A DNA stretch of 63,672 nt, filler included, from Octopus bimaculoides (GCF_001194135.2; 6 parts of 6 records of this genome joined end to end with filler, not necessarily neighbours in it), one strand, 5' to 3'. Shown: positions 1 to 12,689, numbered from the whole stretch's first letter. Numbers and translations: made by a program. The notes: generated by a model not told the origin, from the letters alone.

Positions 1-365
1 AGAATAAGAATAGCCTGGGCAAAGTTTAGAGAGCTCTTACCCCTGCTGGCGACAAAGGGACTCTCACTCAGAGTAAAAGGCAGACTGTATGACGCATGCG
101 TACGAACAGTCATGCTACATGGCAGTGAAACATGGGCTGTAACTGCTGAGGACATACGTAAACTTGCAAGGAATGAAGCCAGTATGCTCCGTTGGATGTG
201 TAATGTCAATGTGAATACCCGTCAGAGTGTAAGTATCTTGAGAGAAAAGCTGAACATTAGAAGCATCAGTTGTGGTGTGCAAGAGAGACGATTGCGCTGG
301 TATGGACATGTGGTGAGAATGGATGAGGATAGCTGCGTGAAAAAGTGCCACACCCTAACAGTTGA
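1..365 (+). mobile_element. RTE-clade LINE ORF2 C-terminal fragment
   Basis: Frame 1 reads RIRIAWAKFRELLPLL...VMLHGSETW...RNEASMLRWM...QERRLRWYGHVVRMDE, typical of the RTE post-RT region. About 250 bp match 44504-44750 with 3 mismatches by manual alignment. Confidence 0.9.
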
Positions 366-460
366 GGTGTCTTGCTCAAGGACACACCATGCAGCCGGGA
401 ATTGGACTCCCAACCTTATGATTGTGAGTGGAATGCCCTAACTACTAAACAACATGCCTT
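366..460 (-). mobile_element. SINE-C tRNA-like head fragment, truncating the RTE ORF
   Basis: GTCTTGCTCAAGGACAC...GGGAATTGGACTC...CTAACTACTAAAC resembles 23701-23798. Confidence 0.55.
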
Positions 461-704
461 CATATAAGGAAAATAAGATAAGGTAGAAAATGCTAACATA
501 ATTTTATCATAAAGAACATTTTAGTACCGGTTTCAGTCTTTGTGACTTTTTCAACTTAGAGTAAAGCATGAAAAACAATTAAATTGTGGAAAAATGAAAT
601 GAAATGTTTTTTTTTAAATATTTCCATAGTCTTAAAATACAAGGGATATTTTCCTTTTTTCTGTCTTTCTCTCTCTCTTTTTTACTCTTGTGAAGGCTTA
701 TTAT

Positions 705-903
705 TGTTATGATCCAATGCTGGACTGTTATAACGTCCACTCTGGTATAGCAGTATAGTTAGACAGCTAAGACACGACTATCTAATGACCATCTACTTGA
801 CTGACACTCACTTGACTCCCTACGTCACAGTATTTGTACTGACTAGCACATAGCACTCGTCATATGGGAGGGGTATTCCATTTTTACTATTATCCCCATG
901 ACA
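705..903 (-). repeat. 3' LTR of the Gypsy element (199 bp)
   Basis: On minus it runs TGTCATG...CATAACA (TG..CA ends, 6/7 terminal inverted match), directly after a polypurine tract. Confidence 0.8.
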
Positions 904-914
904 TCTCCCCTTTT
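904..914 (-). other. Polypurine tract
   Basis: AAAAGGGGAGA on minus, abutting the LTR TG. Confidence 0.75.
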
Positions 915-1104
915 AAGTTTTTCTTTTTCTTAGACTGTGTAATTTTATTTCTTTTATTAGCAATAATTTTTACATCACCTCACCTCCTTTTTTGAGTATT
1001 TTTTTCAAACAGTTACCGATTTAATATTTTTTTCATTTGGCATCCACTTCCAGGAATTCCATACATTTTCTTTTTCTTTCACTTGTGCATCTGGGTTCAA
1101 TTAT

Positions 1105-2076
1105 TCATTGTGGAGTTGGTCCTTGAAAAGTATCATATAACCATTCCATTGATTCTTCCATTCTCTTGGGTTTGCTCTCAACAAATCTTTTTTTCAGTCG
1201 GTTCATGTGTCTCTTGTATACAACTTTTTTACTTTTTACCAAATATAGCATTTTCCCTATGCATTTAGTTATCATACCATCTTCCCAACTTTGTTTTCTG
1301 TTCTTATATGCCCTAACAAATATATTTTCACCAGTTTTAAAATATCTTGCTGCATTATCCAATTCAATTTTTCTTTTCTTACCAGGTAGTAATTTGTTGA
1401 AGATTGATTTTATTTTCCTCACAAACATCAGCTCTGCTGGTGGCACACCTGCTGGTGTATTTATATTTGGTGTCACATGGTATACTCTTAAGAATTGTTG
1501 TAGAGCTACCTCATCTGTGACTTCCTAATTCGACTTTCTTAGGGCTCTCTTGAACGTATTGACAAAGTATTCTGCATGTTCATTAGATCTGGGATGGCAT
1601 GGCACCGTAGTTACATGTTCTAAAATGAACGTTTTAGAAAACTTTGTAAACTCAAAAGATGCAAATTGCATTCCATTGTCAGACATTATTGCATCTGGGA
1701 CACTAAATCTTGCAAACAGCTCATGTAGGAAATCTGTCACATTTGAGAAGGTTGGCTTTTTACGCTTACAAATTTTTGACCATTTAAAGAAACTATCTAC
1801 TACCACTAAGTAGTATGAACCACTTAAGGGACCAGTGAAATTGATGTGTAGTCTCGACCACAGAGCATCTACTTTTGGCCAAGGTTCACTTTTTATCGTT
1901 GGTAATTTTGTGGCTAGAGCACATCCTCTGCAGCCTTTCACTAAATTTTCAATTTCTCTATACATTTTTGGCCAGTACACGTAGCTACGTATTAAAGATT
2001 TCATCTTCGAAATACCAGGATGTCCAACACGGTATTGCCTCAACATTTTCTTTTGCAGTGTTTCAAGTATTACCAC
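1105..2076 (-). pseudogene. pol: Gypsy integrase (disrupted)
   Basis: HPGISKMKSLIRSYVYWP..CRGC zinc motif; WSRLHINFTGP..YYLVVVDSF; MSDNGMQF; HPRSNEHAE. Confidence 0.9.
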
Positions 2077-2109
2077 TCACTGTGCATACATCAGCACACT
2101 ATCAGAAAT

Positions 2110-2840
2110 TTAGTATAAGTTCACGTCTTGATTTCGTTTCACCCTAATCCTGTACCTATTTACTTTTCCTGTCCACAATATTCTTTTCATTTCTGTTATG
2201 AATGTGTCCTTTTCCACATTTCGTTTTATGTCTTCTAGGGTCACTGGTAATTCCCGTACCACATTCCACATTACATTTTTTATTTCTCCTTCTGATCTTA
2301 ATGTTGCGATTACCGTATCTTCGAATGGCTCGCAGTGTTTCGGTATCAGTCTGGACAAACCATCCGCATGCCCTAGTTTCTTTGATGGTAAATACTCCAT
2401 TTTGAAATCATAATTCAATAATGTAGTGCCCCATAGCTGTAGTCTATTAGCTGAGTGCTGATATTCCTTTTTTGGAATTGTATGTCGATAATAGAGGGCG
2501 ATGATCCGTTTGGAGGCTGATAATTCTTCCATGAATAAATCTTTTCTATTTGGCTGTATTTCTTTTCTGCTGGTAATAATGATTGTGATGCATGGGCTAT
2601 AGCCTTTTTACTCCCATTGTCATATTTGTGCAGGAACACTGCTCCTACATCATAATCACTTGCATCTGTAGCCAATATAACATCCATCTTCAGATCAAAA
2701 TGCCTTAGTGATAAGTTTGATGTTAAAATGTTTTTTTAATTTGTCAAATGTCTTCTGACACTTATCACTTCAGCACCATTTTGCCTTTTTTGTTAACAAA
2801 TCATTTAGTGTGGCCCTCACATTGTGTATATTGGGAATAT
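2110..2840 (-). pseudogene. pol: Gypsy RT connection / RNase H (disrupted)
   Basis: YIPNIHNVRATLNDLL; VILATDASDYDVGAV; AHASQSLLPAEKKYSQIEK; HADGLSRL. Confidence 0.9.
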
Positions 2841-2842
2841 AA

Positions 2843-4065
2843 ATCATCATCATCATCATCGTTTAACGTCCGCTTTCCATGCTAGCATGGGTTGGACGAT
2901 TTGACTGAGGACTGGTGAAACCGGATGGCAACACCAGGCTCCAATCTAATTTGGCAGAGTTTCTACAGCTGGATGCCCTTCCTAACGCCAACCACTCAGA
3001 GAGTGTAGTGGGTGCTTTTACGTGTCACCCGCACGAAAACGGCCACGCTCGAAATGGTGTCTTTTATGTGCCACCCGCACAAGAGCCAGTCCAGGGGCAC
3101 CGGCAATGATCTCGCTCGAAAGATTTCATGTGTCGCCCGCACATGAGCCAGTCCGGGGGCACTGGCAAATGATCCCGCTCGAAACATTTCATGTGTCACC
3201 CGCACAAGAGCCAGTCCAGGGGCACTGGCAACGAACTCGCTCGAATNNNNNNNNNNNNNNNNNNNNNNNNNNNNNNNNNNNNNNNNNNNNNNNNNNNNNN
3301 NNNNNNNNNNNNNNNNNNNNNNNNNNNNNNNNNNNNNNNNNNNNNNNNNNNNNNNNNNNNNNNNNNNNNNNNNNNNNNNNNNNNNNNNNNNNNNNNNNNN
3401 NNNNNNNNNNNNNNNNNNNNNNNNNNNNNNNNNNNNNNNNNNNNNNNNNNNNNNNNNNNNNNNNNNNNNNNNNNNNNNNNNNNNNNNNNNNNNNNNNNNN
3501 NNNNNNNNNNNNNNNNNNNNNNNNNNNNNNNNNNNNNNNNNNNNNNNNNNNNNNNNNNNNNNNNNNNNNNNNNNNNNNNNNNNNNNNNNNNNNNNNNNNN
3601 NNNNNNNNNNNNNNNNNNNNNNNNNNNNNNNNNNNNNNNNNNNNNNNNNNNNNNNNNNNNNNNNNNNNNNNNNNNNNNNNNNNNNNNNNNNNNNNNNNNN
3701 NNNNNNNNNNNNNNNNNNNNNNNNNNNNNNNNNNNNNNNNNNNNNNNNNNNNNNNNGAAAGATTTCATGTGTTGCCCGCACATGAGCCAGTCCGGGGGCA
3801 CCGGCAACGACCTCGCTCGAAAAACCTCGTGTCACCCGCAAGCCGGCCCAGGGGCACCGGCAATGATCTCGCTCGAAAGATTTCATGTGTCGCCCGCACA
3901 TGAGCCAGTCCCGGGGCACTGGCAACGATCCCGCTCGAAAGATTTCATGTGTCGCCCGCACATGAGCCAGTCCGGGGGCACTGGCAAATGATCCCGCTCG
4001 AAACATTTCATGTGTCACCCGCACAAGAGCCAGTCCAGGGGCACTGGCAACGAACTCGCTCGAAT
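2843..4065 (-). mobile_element. RTE LINE 3' UTR/tail inserted in the Gypsy RT
   Basis: (CAT)n-CGTTTAACGTCCGCTTTCCATGCTAGC... matches copies at 14854, 43797 and 45517. It separates the Gypsy peptides LQVFWG and YIPN. Confidence 0.9.
3066..4065. repeat. Tandem array of 58-63 bp units (gap 3246-3756)
   Basis: Unit ATGTGTCACCCGCACAAGAGCCAGTCCAGGGGCACTGGCAACGA.CTCGCTCGAAAGATTTC starts at 3066, 3128, 3191, 3767, ~3827, 3885, 3947, 4010. Confidence 0.9.
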
Positions 4066-4960
4066 CCCCAAAATACTTGTAGCATAGACGCATTATACAG
4101 TGTGGGCATATTTCTTTTTATTGCAGTTGCTCTGACTGAATCTGTTTTTATCTATTATCTGTCACGAATATTTAATTTTTTCAGAAAGAACCTGCATTTT
4201 TCTTTATTTAACTTAAGACCATATTCTCATATCTTTTCAAATACCCTCTTTACATGTTCTACATGCTGTTCATGTAATTCATTTTTCATTAGGATATCGT
4301 TTACATAGGCAGTAGCAAAATCACAGTCACCTAACACTGTATCCATTACTCACTGGAATATGGAAGGAGCCACTTTTATACTGAAGGGAAGCCACTTAAA
4401 TTTAAATAAGCCATGGTGTGTATTATTAGCTAATAAGTGTGATCTTTCTTCTTCCACTTGGATTTGTAGATATGCCTCCAAGAGGTCTAATTTTGAGAAG
4501 AATTTCGTTCCACTCAATTTTGTGAACACTTCCTCAGGACTCGGCAACGTCTAGTTATGTGAACTTAAGCAATCCTTCAACCCTGTTGAAAAATCTGCAC
4601 AAACTCTTAAATTATTATTTTTACATAGACCACAGGTGCTGCTTAATCTGAGTGGTTCATCTTCTCGATTATTCCTAGGCTTTCAAGTTCCTTATTTATC
4701 CTCTTTAGTGCTGCAAATGGTACATTTCATTGTGACTTAAATACAAGTGTTGCACTTTGTTTTACTACAATTTTTGCCTTCGTTTTTGTGCAGCACCCAG
4801 TTCATCCAAGAAAAAAGATCTGGAAATAAATGTTTTACTTTTCGTTTCAATCCCTCAGACACATTCCAACCTTTGACTGAACCAGCTATATTCCCACACA
4901 AAACACTTATGGGCATATTCCACAATTTGAACAGTTCCATCCATTCTGTGCCGAATAGAT
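4066..4960 (-). pseudogene. pol: Gypsy reverse transcriptase (disrupted)
   Basis: PSPEEVFTKLSGTKFFSKLDLLEAYLQI..GLFKFKWLPFSIKVAPSIFQ. The catalytic motif has decayed to AYVNDIL. Confidence 0.9.
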
Positions 4961-4972
4961 TTACTGAATTTT

Positions 4973-5215
4973 TTAATGCATATACTTTTGCTTTTTCATT
5001 TGGTCATGAAATGTTACATTACACACTAACTCACCTACAAAATACAATCTTTTACCTGTAACACCATGTTCTACTTTTGTAGATTTACTTAATTTTGGCT
5101 TACCAATATACATCCAAGTTTTTTCATTCACAATGGTAATAGCACTTCCAGTGTCTAACTGCATTTTTACTCTTATATCTTTAATTTTCTCATTTACGAA
5201 TTTCTTCTTTGTCAC
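4973..5215 (-). pseudogene. pol: Gypsy aspartic protease
   Basis: VKMQLDTGSAITIVNEKTW. Confidence 0.85.
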
Positions 5216-6015
5216 ATTACATTTTCTTTTGATGACATCTTGTTTATTCTTTGTCCTTTGTTCCGTTTTGTCATCTTGGTTTTACAGTGCACTTTTACGT
5301 GTCCAATTTTTCCACAACGGAAACATTCCACTTTCTTAAATGGATAGTTTTTTCTCAGGTGTAGACTTCCACATGCAAAACATGGGTTTGTTTCCTGATT
5401 TTTGTCTTGTTTGTACTGTATTCTAGTACACACTCGATTTCTATTCTGCCTGTTTCGCACTTGTTTCACTTGGGAGCAATCTTTATGTTCAATTTTCTCT
5501 GAGTCGTGTCTTAAATTTACTATTCCTTCACACTCTTCTGACAGCTTGGTTTTGTTCCAGCTTAGAAAGAATTCTTGTTCTTGCTTCTGTGTCTTTTTCT
5601 GCAGTTAGTCCCTGAGTAAATATCAGGCACTTGAACATGTCTGGTGTCAACTCGTCCAGTTTGAACTTTTCACATTCTCTGTTAACTCTACCAGCATATG
5701 TGACATAGTCCTCCTCATTGATCTTTTCTAGGTTCAAACATTTCCTGTGTGTATTGAACAACAAGCTTTTATCACTATTGTATTTTAAAAATTTATGTCA
5801 GGTTGTTTTGGGAATACATAATTGCTGTAACACTCACCTTCTCCTGCTGCCAGTTTTCTTAAGGTTAGATATGCTTTCACATAATCATCCTAATTTTTGC
5901 ACTCTTTATTGAAGATCTGTTTTTATCTTCTATAGTACACCTCGAAGATAACTCCTTTGTCTGGTTCATACTTAACTTCTGTTACTGAGTTTGCAACATA
6001 ATCTGGCGAGAACAT
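5212..6015 (-). pseudogene. gag: Gypsy gag with zinc knuckles (disrupted)
   Basis: MFSPDYVANSVTEVKYEP..; EDYVTYAGRVNRECEKFKL; CFRCGKIGHVKVHC (CCHC). Confidence 0.85.
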
Positions 6016-7168
6016 TTTTTCAGCATTTTATGACAACTTACTATTCATTAATTGCAGCATTCACACACATACATATATATGTATGGGATAAATGAGAGAG
6101 ACAGAAGATGGAAGATGGAAGAATCTTTATTGATCACTACAATTGTTTCGACCCATCTAGCAAACCACCAGGTCTATACCATACAATTCATTAACTAATA
6201 CATAGATACATACATACATATGATGATGATGATGATGATATAAATATATATATATATTGTTTGTATTTTGGAATGGTAATTTTTTTTGTAGTAAGTGGAG
6301 CCAAGAATACACACAAAAACGAAAAGTGTTGCTGAAGAGGTCACAGAGGTGTAACAGAAGATTTCTGGACAATGAACATGAGTTAGAATAACAAAATAAG
6401 GATAGTAATAAACGAGTGAAGGAAAAATATATAGTGCATGTGTTTATTTGGCGAAAAAAAAAAAAAACGGAACCTCCCCGAAATACAACAATATCTTTTT
6501 CAACACACGATTCTACATCAGGAATCTTGCAAAATGAATTGATAAATATATATATATATACGAGGAACACGTGAAAGAGTAAAATAGAGAAATGGAAAAA
6601 GATATTGTCTATTTATTCCTGATTGACATGTAGTAAGACTAGATGTCCAAATCCTTGAGTACTAATGGCAACAGAACAGAGCATTAACTTACAAATAACA
6701 AACCCGAAGAAAGAGGAAGAAAAAAAGCCAGAAAGGATAAAGGACTTTGCATGCATTCCTGATTACTAAGCTATATTCTTGAATACCTCTGTTTCATGCT
6801 TGAAATGAAAAAGGACATTACTGTTACACTTACTGTGTAGTAATCTTCTGTTTTAGTTCTCTTATAAAACTTAATAGTATTTTCTTAAACCCTTTAATAC
6901 TAACTCTTTTACTCATTTACATGATTCAGTCACTAAACTGCAGTCATGCCAGGCCACAGTTGATCATATTGATCTCAGTATTTATTTTAGGTTAAGGCTG
7001 TTATTTATCCTATCAATCTTTATTTGTCTTACTGTTCAGTTAAAGGGTATGAATACAGATGGCATTATTTTTCTAACAATATCAACATAAAGCCCATAAT
7101 AGAGACAGACCTACACATACACACACACACATAGCTACATCGATATATCAATCTCTCTCCCCCTCTCT

Positions 7169-7242
<74 letters not shown>

Positions 7243-7342
7243 NNNNNNNNNNNNNNNNNNNNNNNNNNNNNNNNNNNNNNNNNNNNTTAATTAATTAANN
7301 NNNNNNNNNNNNNNNNNNNNNNNNNNNNNNNNNNNNNNNNNN
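7243..7342. other. Artificial scaffold linker
   Basis: N44-TTAATTAATTAA-N44. Confidence 0.95.
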
Positions 7343-7487
7343 AGTAAGATTATAAACACACATATAATCAGATTTGGATTTTCAAATACTAGGAACATAG
7401 CACAGATAAGAGCAGCACATAACCTTAAAATACTTAAGTCTAGAGAAACAGGTAGGAATGAGAATTTGAACAATAATATAAATAGCA

Positions 7488-7538
<51 letters not shown>

Positions 7539-7578
7539 GTAATAATAATAATGAGAATGATAACACAAAGAAAATAAA

Positions 7579-7638
<60 letters not shown>

Positions 7639-7819
7639 GTGTACATATATATGTATGTATGAGTTTTACTCAGCTCTGTATAACTCAAAGCTTCATTCGC
7701 TCATCAAATGTCTTAATCAAATGAGTTCATCTTAAGCATTATGGAGCTGAGTCAAATTATTCTTAAGAACTCCCACTTACTGTGTTGAGTGCCATTTTCT
7801 TTTGTTTGCCCACTCACAT

Positions 7820-8045
7820 ATCATCATAGTCATCATCATTCGACATCCATCTTTCATGTGAGCTTGAGTTGGTTTGACAGGAGCTGGCAAGTCAGAAGTT
7901 TACACCAAACTCTGTCTGCTCCAGCATGGCCTCTATGGCTGGATGTCCTTCCTGATGCCTAACACTTTACAAAGTGTACCGGTTCTTGTACATGGTCCCA
8001 GCAGCAGTGAGGTCATCAAGTGACTTTCAAGACAAGACCCCTCCC
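7820..8045 (-). mobile_element. Older, diverged RTE-type 3' tail
   Basis: (CAT)n followed by GGCTGGATGTCCTTCCTGATGCC, homologous to the young RTE tail. Confidence 0.6.
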
Positions 8046-8151
8046 TTTCCCACCTCAGCTGAGTGGGGAGCAATATTGAGGGAGGAGATAAAGTAGTTGC
8101 CAAAGGGCATGACTGATTATGATTGACAGTTCTAGATTTAAGAGGTGTGGA

Positions 8152-8263
8152 ATTATGTACGTTGTTTACATTTGACAGATAACCACTACGCCATATGCCC
8201 ATGGGCATATGACGTAGTGGTTAACCCCAAGATTCTGAGTTTGATTCCAGGAAGTGACCTGAA

Positions 8264-8302
<39 letters not shown>

Positions 8303-8454
8303 AAATAATATTGAAAAATACCTCAGGAATGAGAACCCAGGTCTGAAATTTCCCCAAGACACCAGATGAAGGCTGGAGGGTATATCAGCCGAAACGTGTT
8401 AACAACAAACAAGATGAGGACAAATATCCGTCAAATGTAAATAATGTAAATAAT
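8152..8454 (+). mobile_element. Non-autonomous element: tRNA-like head, Penelope-type 3' end with decayed hammerhead, inverted 5' extension
   Basis: 30-bp terminal inverted repeats (8152-8181 / 8425-8454); 44-bp palindrome 8180-8223; CAGATGAA-GGCTG..CAGCC-GAAAC at 8363-8395. Confidence 0.6.
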
Positions 8455-9335
8455 GATTATGATTGCTGTGGCTTTCATTAACCTACCGCATTACCATAGC
8501 TAGCCGAGAACTGCTGATCAGTGAACCGTAAAAGACAACGATATTTGAAATCTGAGCCAGGTTCGTAAAGTAATTTATGGATTCTTTTTACAAACCATAA
8601 TAACTAAATAAACGAACAAATGCATATACATTTAAAGCATAAAATGGCTCAATCCACACATACATGCATACATACATTCCCACATGCATACTTAGATTTA
8701 TGTATGTAATAGTATGAGGGTTATGGCAATAAATATGACTAAATATGTTTATAACTCCAATTAGGATTAAATATGCAAAACAATATGTAAATATGTTTCT
8801 ATATACTGGTTTAACTGCTTTTAATGGTCTATAATATTTTACATAATTTGATACATTCATATAGAGTGCTTTACACATTTTCAGGATTAATGGATAAACA
8901 CACATATGCGTGCGTATAATTGTCTATTGTTCCGTTTGAAAAGAAACAACTGCAGAAAATAGTTATTGTGATATTTGGATTTTTCCATTTAAATTCCGAA
9001 ATTGTTATGTTTAAAGGAATTACCCATTATTCCCTGCCCCACTCCCCTAGTCACAGACCAAATATATGTTCATAGTTCCTTTGCATCCACTTCATCACCA
9101 CAACTAACATACTTGAAAGTGTAATGGCTGAAGTGAAATAAATTATGTGAAATACATTCTCAGTGTTTTATAAGCATGGAATTGTTTTCCTTTTGTAAAA
9201 GGTGTTTCCATTTACATTTTATACATATATGTATATGTATGTGTGCCTGTGCACATATGTATATTAATATATATATATCATCATCATCATCGTCATTTAT
9301 ATATATATACATTATATATATACATACATACATAT

Positions 9336-9372
<37 letters not shown>

Positions 9373-9487
9373 CACGCACACACTGTATATATACATATAC
9401 ACATATATATGTACATGTATATATATGCATATATACATATGTATATGTATATATACATGTATGTATATGGATTTATACATATGTATT

Positions 9488-9530
<43 letters not shown>

Positions 9531-9540
9531 NNNNNNNNNN

Positions 9541-9586
<46 letters not shown>

Positions 9587-11714
9587 TGTATATGTATTAT
9601 ACATACACACTCACACATATATGAATGTGTACGTAATTGTATATGTGTGTGTGAGGATCCAATATGTGGTTGAGCACACACACACAAACACAAAGTATTT
9701 AGTATATAGTGTGTATATATATGTGTGTGTTTGTGTATATATATCTATATTTAAATGTGAAACTGAAATATTTAAGTGATGCGTCCTATCACAATTTCTT
9801 TTAACACAAATTATACAAATATGTGTGTTGGTGTGCGTGTATAAATATGTGTGTCTCTGTGTGTCTATACACCTATGTACTTTTATATAAACATTCATAA
9901 ATGCAGATATCCTTGATACATCCTGTTCATGTTCTGCTTCAAAGAGATGATGTACGAATGTGCATGTGTATGCATGTATGTATGCACATATATGTATATA
10001 TATATATATATATATANNNNNNNNNNNNNNNNNNNNNNNNNNNNNNNNNNNNNNNNNNNNNNNNNNNNNNNNNNNNNNNNNNNNNNNNNNNNNNNNNNNN
10101 NNNNNNNNNNNNNNNNNNNNNNNNNNNNNNNNNNNNNNNNNNNNNNNNNNNNNNNNNNNNNNNNNNNNNNNNNNNNNNNNNNNNNNNNNNNNNNNNNNNN
10201 NNNNNNNNNNNNNNNNNNNNNNNNNNNNNNNNNNNNNNNNNNNNNNNNNNNNNNNNNNNNNNNNNNNNNNNNNNNNNNNNNNNNNNNNNNNNNNNNNNNN
10301 NNNNNNNNNNNNNNNNNNNNNNNNNNNNNNNNNNNNNNNNNNNNNNNNNNNNNNNNNNNNNNNNNNNNNNNNNNNATATATAAATCTATATGTATATATT
10401 GATATGCATATATATATATATATATATATACATATATATAGAGAGAGATGCATATATATATATATAAATATATATATATATATTCCCTGAGTCAGAAACT
10501 CTTTTTTATTGAATTATGAGAATTATATTCTATAATTGTCCATATATGTGTGTGTGTTTATGCATATACACATGTGTGTGTATATATACTGAGGTGTGTG
10601 TATGCATATATATGCATGTATGTTATGCTTGTGTCTAGATACATATGTCTTTCCTTCCCCTTCTCTCTCTCTCTCTCTCCCTCTTTCCAAACACACACAC
10701 ACACGCACACACACAATACAATACAACATTTCATTAATCTACTTTCCTGCTAATCCCCTAATTAGCTGTTTCCCTCACTTACAGTTATCTCTGATCTTTA
10801 AATTCTTCCAATATATGCATATTTGCAGATTGTTTCCAAAAATCCCATCTTTTAATTCCATATCCTACAACTTTTGCAATATTTCTGCCACACTGCCATA
10901 CTTTTATCCAAAGTTCACTTTCCATTTCACTTCCAGTCTTTTCTCTGTCTTTTTTTTTTTCTTGAATTCTTCCTTATTCCCTTTCCTATTTCTTATTCTT
11001 TATTCTTTATTCTTTACTCTTCCATTTTATCTTCCTTCTTTTGATTTATTTTTTCTTTTCTCTTTCATTTTTCCTTCCCTAAATCTCTGTCCCCTTCTTC
11101 CTTCAATTTCTTTCTTTTCTACCTTTTCCTTTCTTTCTTCCTTTCCTAAATTCTTCTCTCTCTCTCTTCTTCATTCTCTTTTTTCTTTCTTTTTTCCTTC
11201 CTTCATTTCCTAGCATATATTTCTCTTTCTCTCGTTTTTCTTTATCTGTTTCTCTGTCTCCCCCTCTCACTCTCTCTCCCTCCCACTCTCTCGTCTCCAG
11301 TCTGTCTCTATCTTCTCCACCCTCACGTCACCACCACCACCACCACCACCATCATGATCCTACTACTCCTTGCCATCACACATATTTTCATCAGTTCTGT
11401 TTCTCAATGGTCCTCTGAGGTTTTGCCCATACCAGGGAGACCAACTGGGGTTGAGACTCAGCTAACTTTAATCTGCACAGTTGGAAATCTGAAAGAAGAA
11501 ATCTGAAAGATGACATGTGTGTAATGGTTTGAGATGTAATTGCAGAGGATGGCAGTTCTGGAGAGCAACAAATGGGTGGGTGGAGTCAAGATATTTAGTG
11601 TAGGATGTGAATGAGAGGAGAGGCAAGGGGTCGGCATGTCATATAACCCTGGATGAAAGAAATTACAGTTAACTTGTTCAAAGAAGCAGTGATAGTTCTA
11701 AACGCACACCCTTC

Positions 11715-12025
11715 AATAGAAGAACATCTCTTTCAATTAAAGGGCCATGCCCTTCAATTGCCCCCCCCCCACACACACAACTAGTAAACCACTTTCAATT
11801 AAAGATCACACCCTCCAAATGTACCCCTCCCTTACCAGAATCAGACCTGCTTTAATGAAAGACACATGCCCTTTGCTTGTACTCCTACACCAGGAGCACA
11901 CCCCACCATCTATAAAGTATACTCTCTTCATATGTATTCCCCCCCCCTTATACCAGGACCAAGCTTCCTTCAATTAAAGACGCCACTTTTTATTGTATCC
12001 CCACAACAATAGAACCAAGTCTCAA
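11715..12025. repeat. Degenerate ~58-62 bp tandem repeat, about 5 units
   Basis: TTCAATTAAAG-like anchor at 11731, 11793, 11851, 11909, 11967. Confidence 0.6.
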
Positions 12026-12039
12026 TCATAATCGAATGA

Positions 12040-12585
12040 ACAGTATGAAGCCAATGAGAAAGAGCTCTACATGTTTGCTTCACATGATAGAAAACACAGC
12101 CAAACGTCCCTCACATAACACCCCTTCCATCTATAAAAAGACGATTAACTGTGTTAGTGTCCTGCCTTGGTTTCAGATATAGTGCATGGAGGCTAACATC
12201 ATGCAATGTGTCCTTCCTTTTCAAGGCAGCACGGTTGTCATTTGGCTGGTATTTTACACACATGATTTAAAAATTCATTTGGAAAGCAGAAAACAAAACT
12301 AAAAGGTGATGGCCACTGCTGGAATGTCTTTGATTATAGGTCTCTTCATGTGGGGCTGGATTGGGATTAGATAACAGCTGGTTTGCTTGGTTTTAGAAAT
12401 AGCAGGTAAATCTCTTTCAGATAGAACTGTCATCTTTAAAAGAAAATATACATTGGATAGTGTAGTCCAAGATACATTATGCCTAAGAAAAGAAAAAAAA
12501 CAATTGTGGTGAGAAAGCTTTAGTGATACGTCTCCTTCATTGTGGTTGACTTGGGGCTAAATACAGCAACAACAATGACAATAAT
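12040..12585 (+). mobile_element. Repeat-G fragments
   Basis: TAGAAATAGCAGGTAAATCT, ACATTGGATAGTGTAGTCC and a GGGGCTAAA-(CAA)n end shared with 28.6-29.9 kb and 36.9 kb. Confidence 0.5.
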
Positions 12586-12689
12586 ACAAATGAAAGAAGC
12601 ATTAAATAAATATACCAGAGTCATTAGTCTGTGGTCATGCTGGGGCAATGCCTCATTGAATTTCAGTCGAATGAATAAACCCCAGATTT

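Larger units (their letters stand above)
705..6020 (-). mobile_element. Degraded Ty3/Gypsy LTR retrotransposon (Mag/K02A2.6-like), 5' LTR absent
   Basis: Minus-strand order gag-CCHC, protease (LDTG), RT, RNase H, integrase, then PPT and LTR. Many stops and frameshifts. Confidence 0.95.

Noticed and set aside
3066-4065. CRISPR-like look of the 62-bp array
   Set aside because: Units are homologous over their whole length with no unique spacers, no cas genes are present, and the unit belongs to the RTE 3' UTR.
6020-7242. 5' LTR and primer-binding site of the Gypsy element
   Set aside because: No sequence matching 705-903 was found upstream of gag.
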